DNA of 27,677 bases, from assembly GCA_964016885.1 (NCBI GenBank), contig CAXHJY010000747.1:1-27677 (forward strand), given 5' to 3'. Of this stretch, positions 24,372-27,677 are shown piece after piece. This DNA comes from Eledone cirrhosa. Lineage: Eukaryota. How positions within the stretch are numbered: position 1 is the stretch's first letter; every line of letters starts with the position of its first letter. Both the position numbers and the translations under genes were made by a program. The notes under the pieces are model-generated. The model had not been told where the DNA came from and did no database searches. It saw nothing but the letters and a program-made list of their open reading frames with translations.

Positions 24372-24567
24372 TTATTTTTTATATATATGTGTGTGTGTAT
24401 GTGTGTGTGTGTGTGTATATATATCTTTATATATGTGTATGTGTATGTTCGTGTAGGTGTATGTGTGTGTATGACTATATATGTATGTGTGTATGTGTGT
24501 ATGTGTATATAAATCTATGTGTGTGTACATGTATGTATGTGTATGTATGTGTATGTGTGTATATGTG

Positions 24568-24628
<61 letters not shown>

Positions 24629-24906
24629 GTTTCTCTATTTGTATATGTATATGTGTATAGGTATATACCTTTTTCTTTGTATGTCTGAGTTGTGTGAGAG
24701 TGTAGTGGTGTTTGTATGTATATACCGATATATAGATGCGTAAGTATTTGTCTGTATGTATGTATGTATGTCTCTATGTATTTGTGTGTATATATAGGTA
24801 TATATGTGTATATCTGTATGTATATAAGTATGTAAGTGTATGTATATGTGCGTGTATGTGTGTATATATATGTGTGTCTATATAGTATGTGTGATTATAT
24901 GTGTAT

Positions 24907-24954
<48 letters not shown>

Positions 24955-25096
24955 ATTTATATGTATGTGTGTATATGTATGTATGCGTGTATATGTATAT
25001 GTTTATATATGTGTGTGTATGTATGTTCTAAGTGTGGATGTGTGTATATGTATGTATGTGTTTGTATATGTGTATATATATATGTGTATATATGTG

Positions 25097-25170
<74 letters not shown>
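23267..25170. repeat. Compound (TA)/(TG)/(TATG) microsatellite inside the PLE 3' region
   Basis: Directly visible; mirrored as (TA)/(CA) at about 16595-18510. Confidence 0.93.
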
Positions 25171-25172
<2 letters not shown>

Positions 25173-25832
25173 CTTGATATATTTCTTTTTTCTTTTTTCT
25201 TTTTCTTTTCTTTCCTTTTTAATGTTTATTTATTATTTATTATTTTTTATTTTCTTAGTTTATAGATACATCTATATTAAGCAGTCTGCCCAAACCGTTG
25301 AATACTGACCTCTCCCCCCCTCCCCCCACCTAATTTCTGTATTTGATCTAAATGTGTGTGCCAGTGTTTATGTGAGTGAATTAATATCCATGTGCTTAGG
25401 ATTTTATATCCACATATATATATGTGAGTGGGGGTGTGTGTGTGTGTTTGTATGTTCGTAGTTATGTGTATGTTTATGCATATACGCGCGTGTGTGTGTG
25501 TGATTGTACGGATATGTGTGAGTATGAGAATATGTATATACACTTATTTCATATTTATGTGTCTATACGCATCTTATCTGTGCATTATAAACTTACAGAG
25601 ACATTAACCTTGAAATTTTGTATTTGCATCCATCCTTTTGGTATGCGTATACAAGTTGTGCATACATTTTTGTAAAATATGTGTAAGGGTAGTTACATGT
25701 ATATACACACACCGAACTGCATTAAACCTTTTGTATTTTCATTGGTCAATTTTGTTCCCAAACGGACCTGAAATTTTGAATTGTTGTTATTATCAATAAA
25801 TATATTTCATTATTTCTGAAGACGGCGTATAT

Positions 25833-26775
<943 letters not shown>

Positions 26776-26965
26776 TATTAGGAACCAGTAAGACCCCGAC
26801 AGCTGAGCTCAAGCCGCTTCGACTGCTAATTCAGAATTAGCCGTCGAAACAGTTTGAGCTCAGCTGTCGGGGTCTTACTGGTTCCTAATACCCACTCTAC
26901 TACCTCAAGTATTGAGTACTTTGGTGCGTTATGGTCCACCTGGTTCCTTACCACATTTCCTTCGT
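26776..26965. other. Small fold-back element: 115-nt near-perfect palindrome plus ~75-nt tail, in (TA)n
   Basis: 26776-26812 is the exact reverse complement of 26854-26890 (37 bp); inner pairs TTCGAC/GTCGAA and GCTAATT/AATTAGC. Confidence 0.9.

Positions 26966-27677
<712 letters not shown>

Overview
Eukaryotic, most likely invertebrate, repetitive DNA with no host gene. About half the window is interrupted (TA)n microsatellite, and four islands sit inside it. (1) A ~5.5-copy tandem array of a near-identical, hairpin-rich 591-bp unit (6495-9730). (2) A truncated, apparently internally inverted Penelope-like element (PLE) relic with a frameshifted Cys-motif/GIY-YIG fragment on the - strand and a hammerhead ribozyme on the + strand (12584-14867). 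(3) An intact-looking PLE, probably Naiad-type (15747-26158), with an 813-aa RT + GIY-YIG ORF, a ~3.8-kb microsatellite-rich 3' region, a type I hammerhead with a ~115-nt stem II, a 326-bp terminal direct repeat (pLTR) and a ~3.36-kb inverted duplication of its 3' region. (4) A ~190-bp fold-back element (26776-26965). Nearly all other ORFs in the track are microsatellite translation artefacts. All structures were paired and translated by eye; no searches were run.
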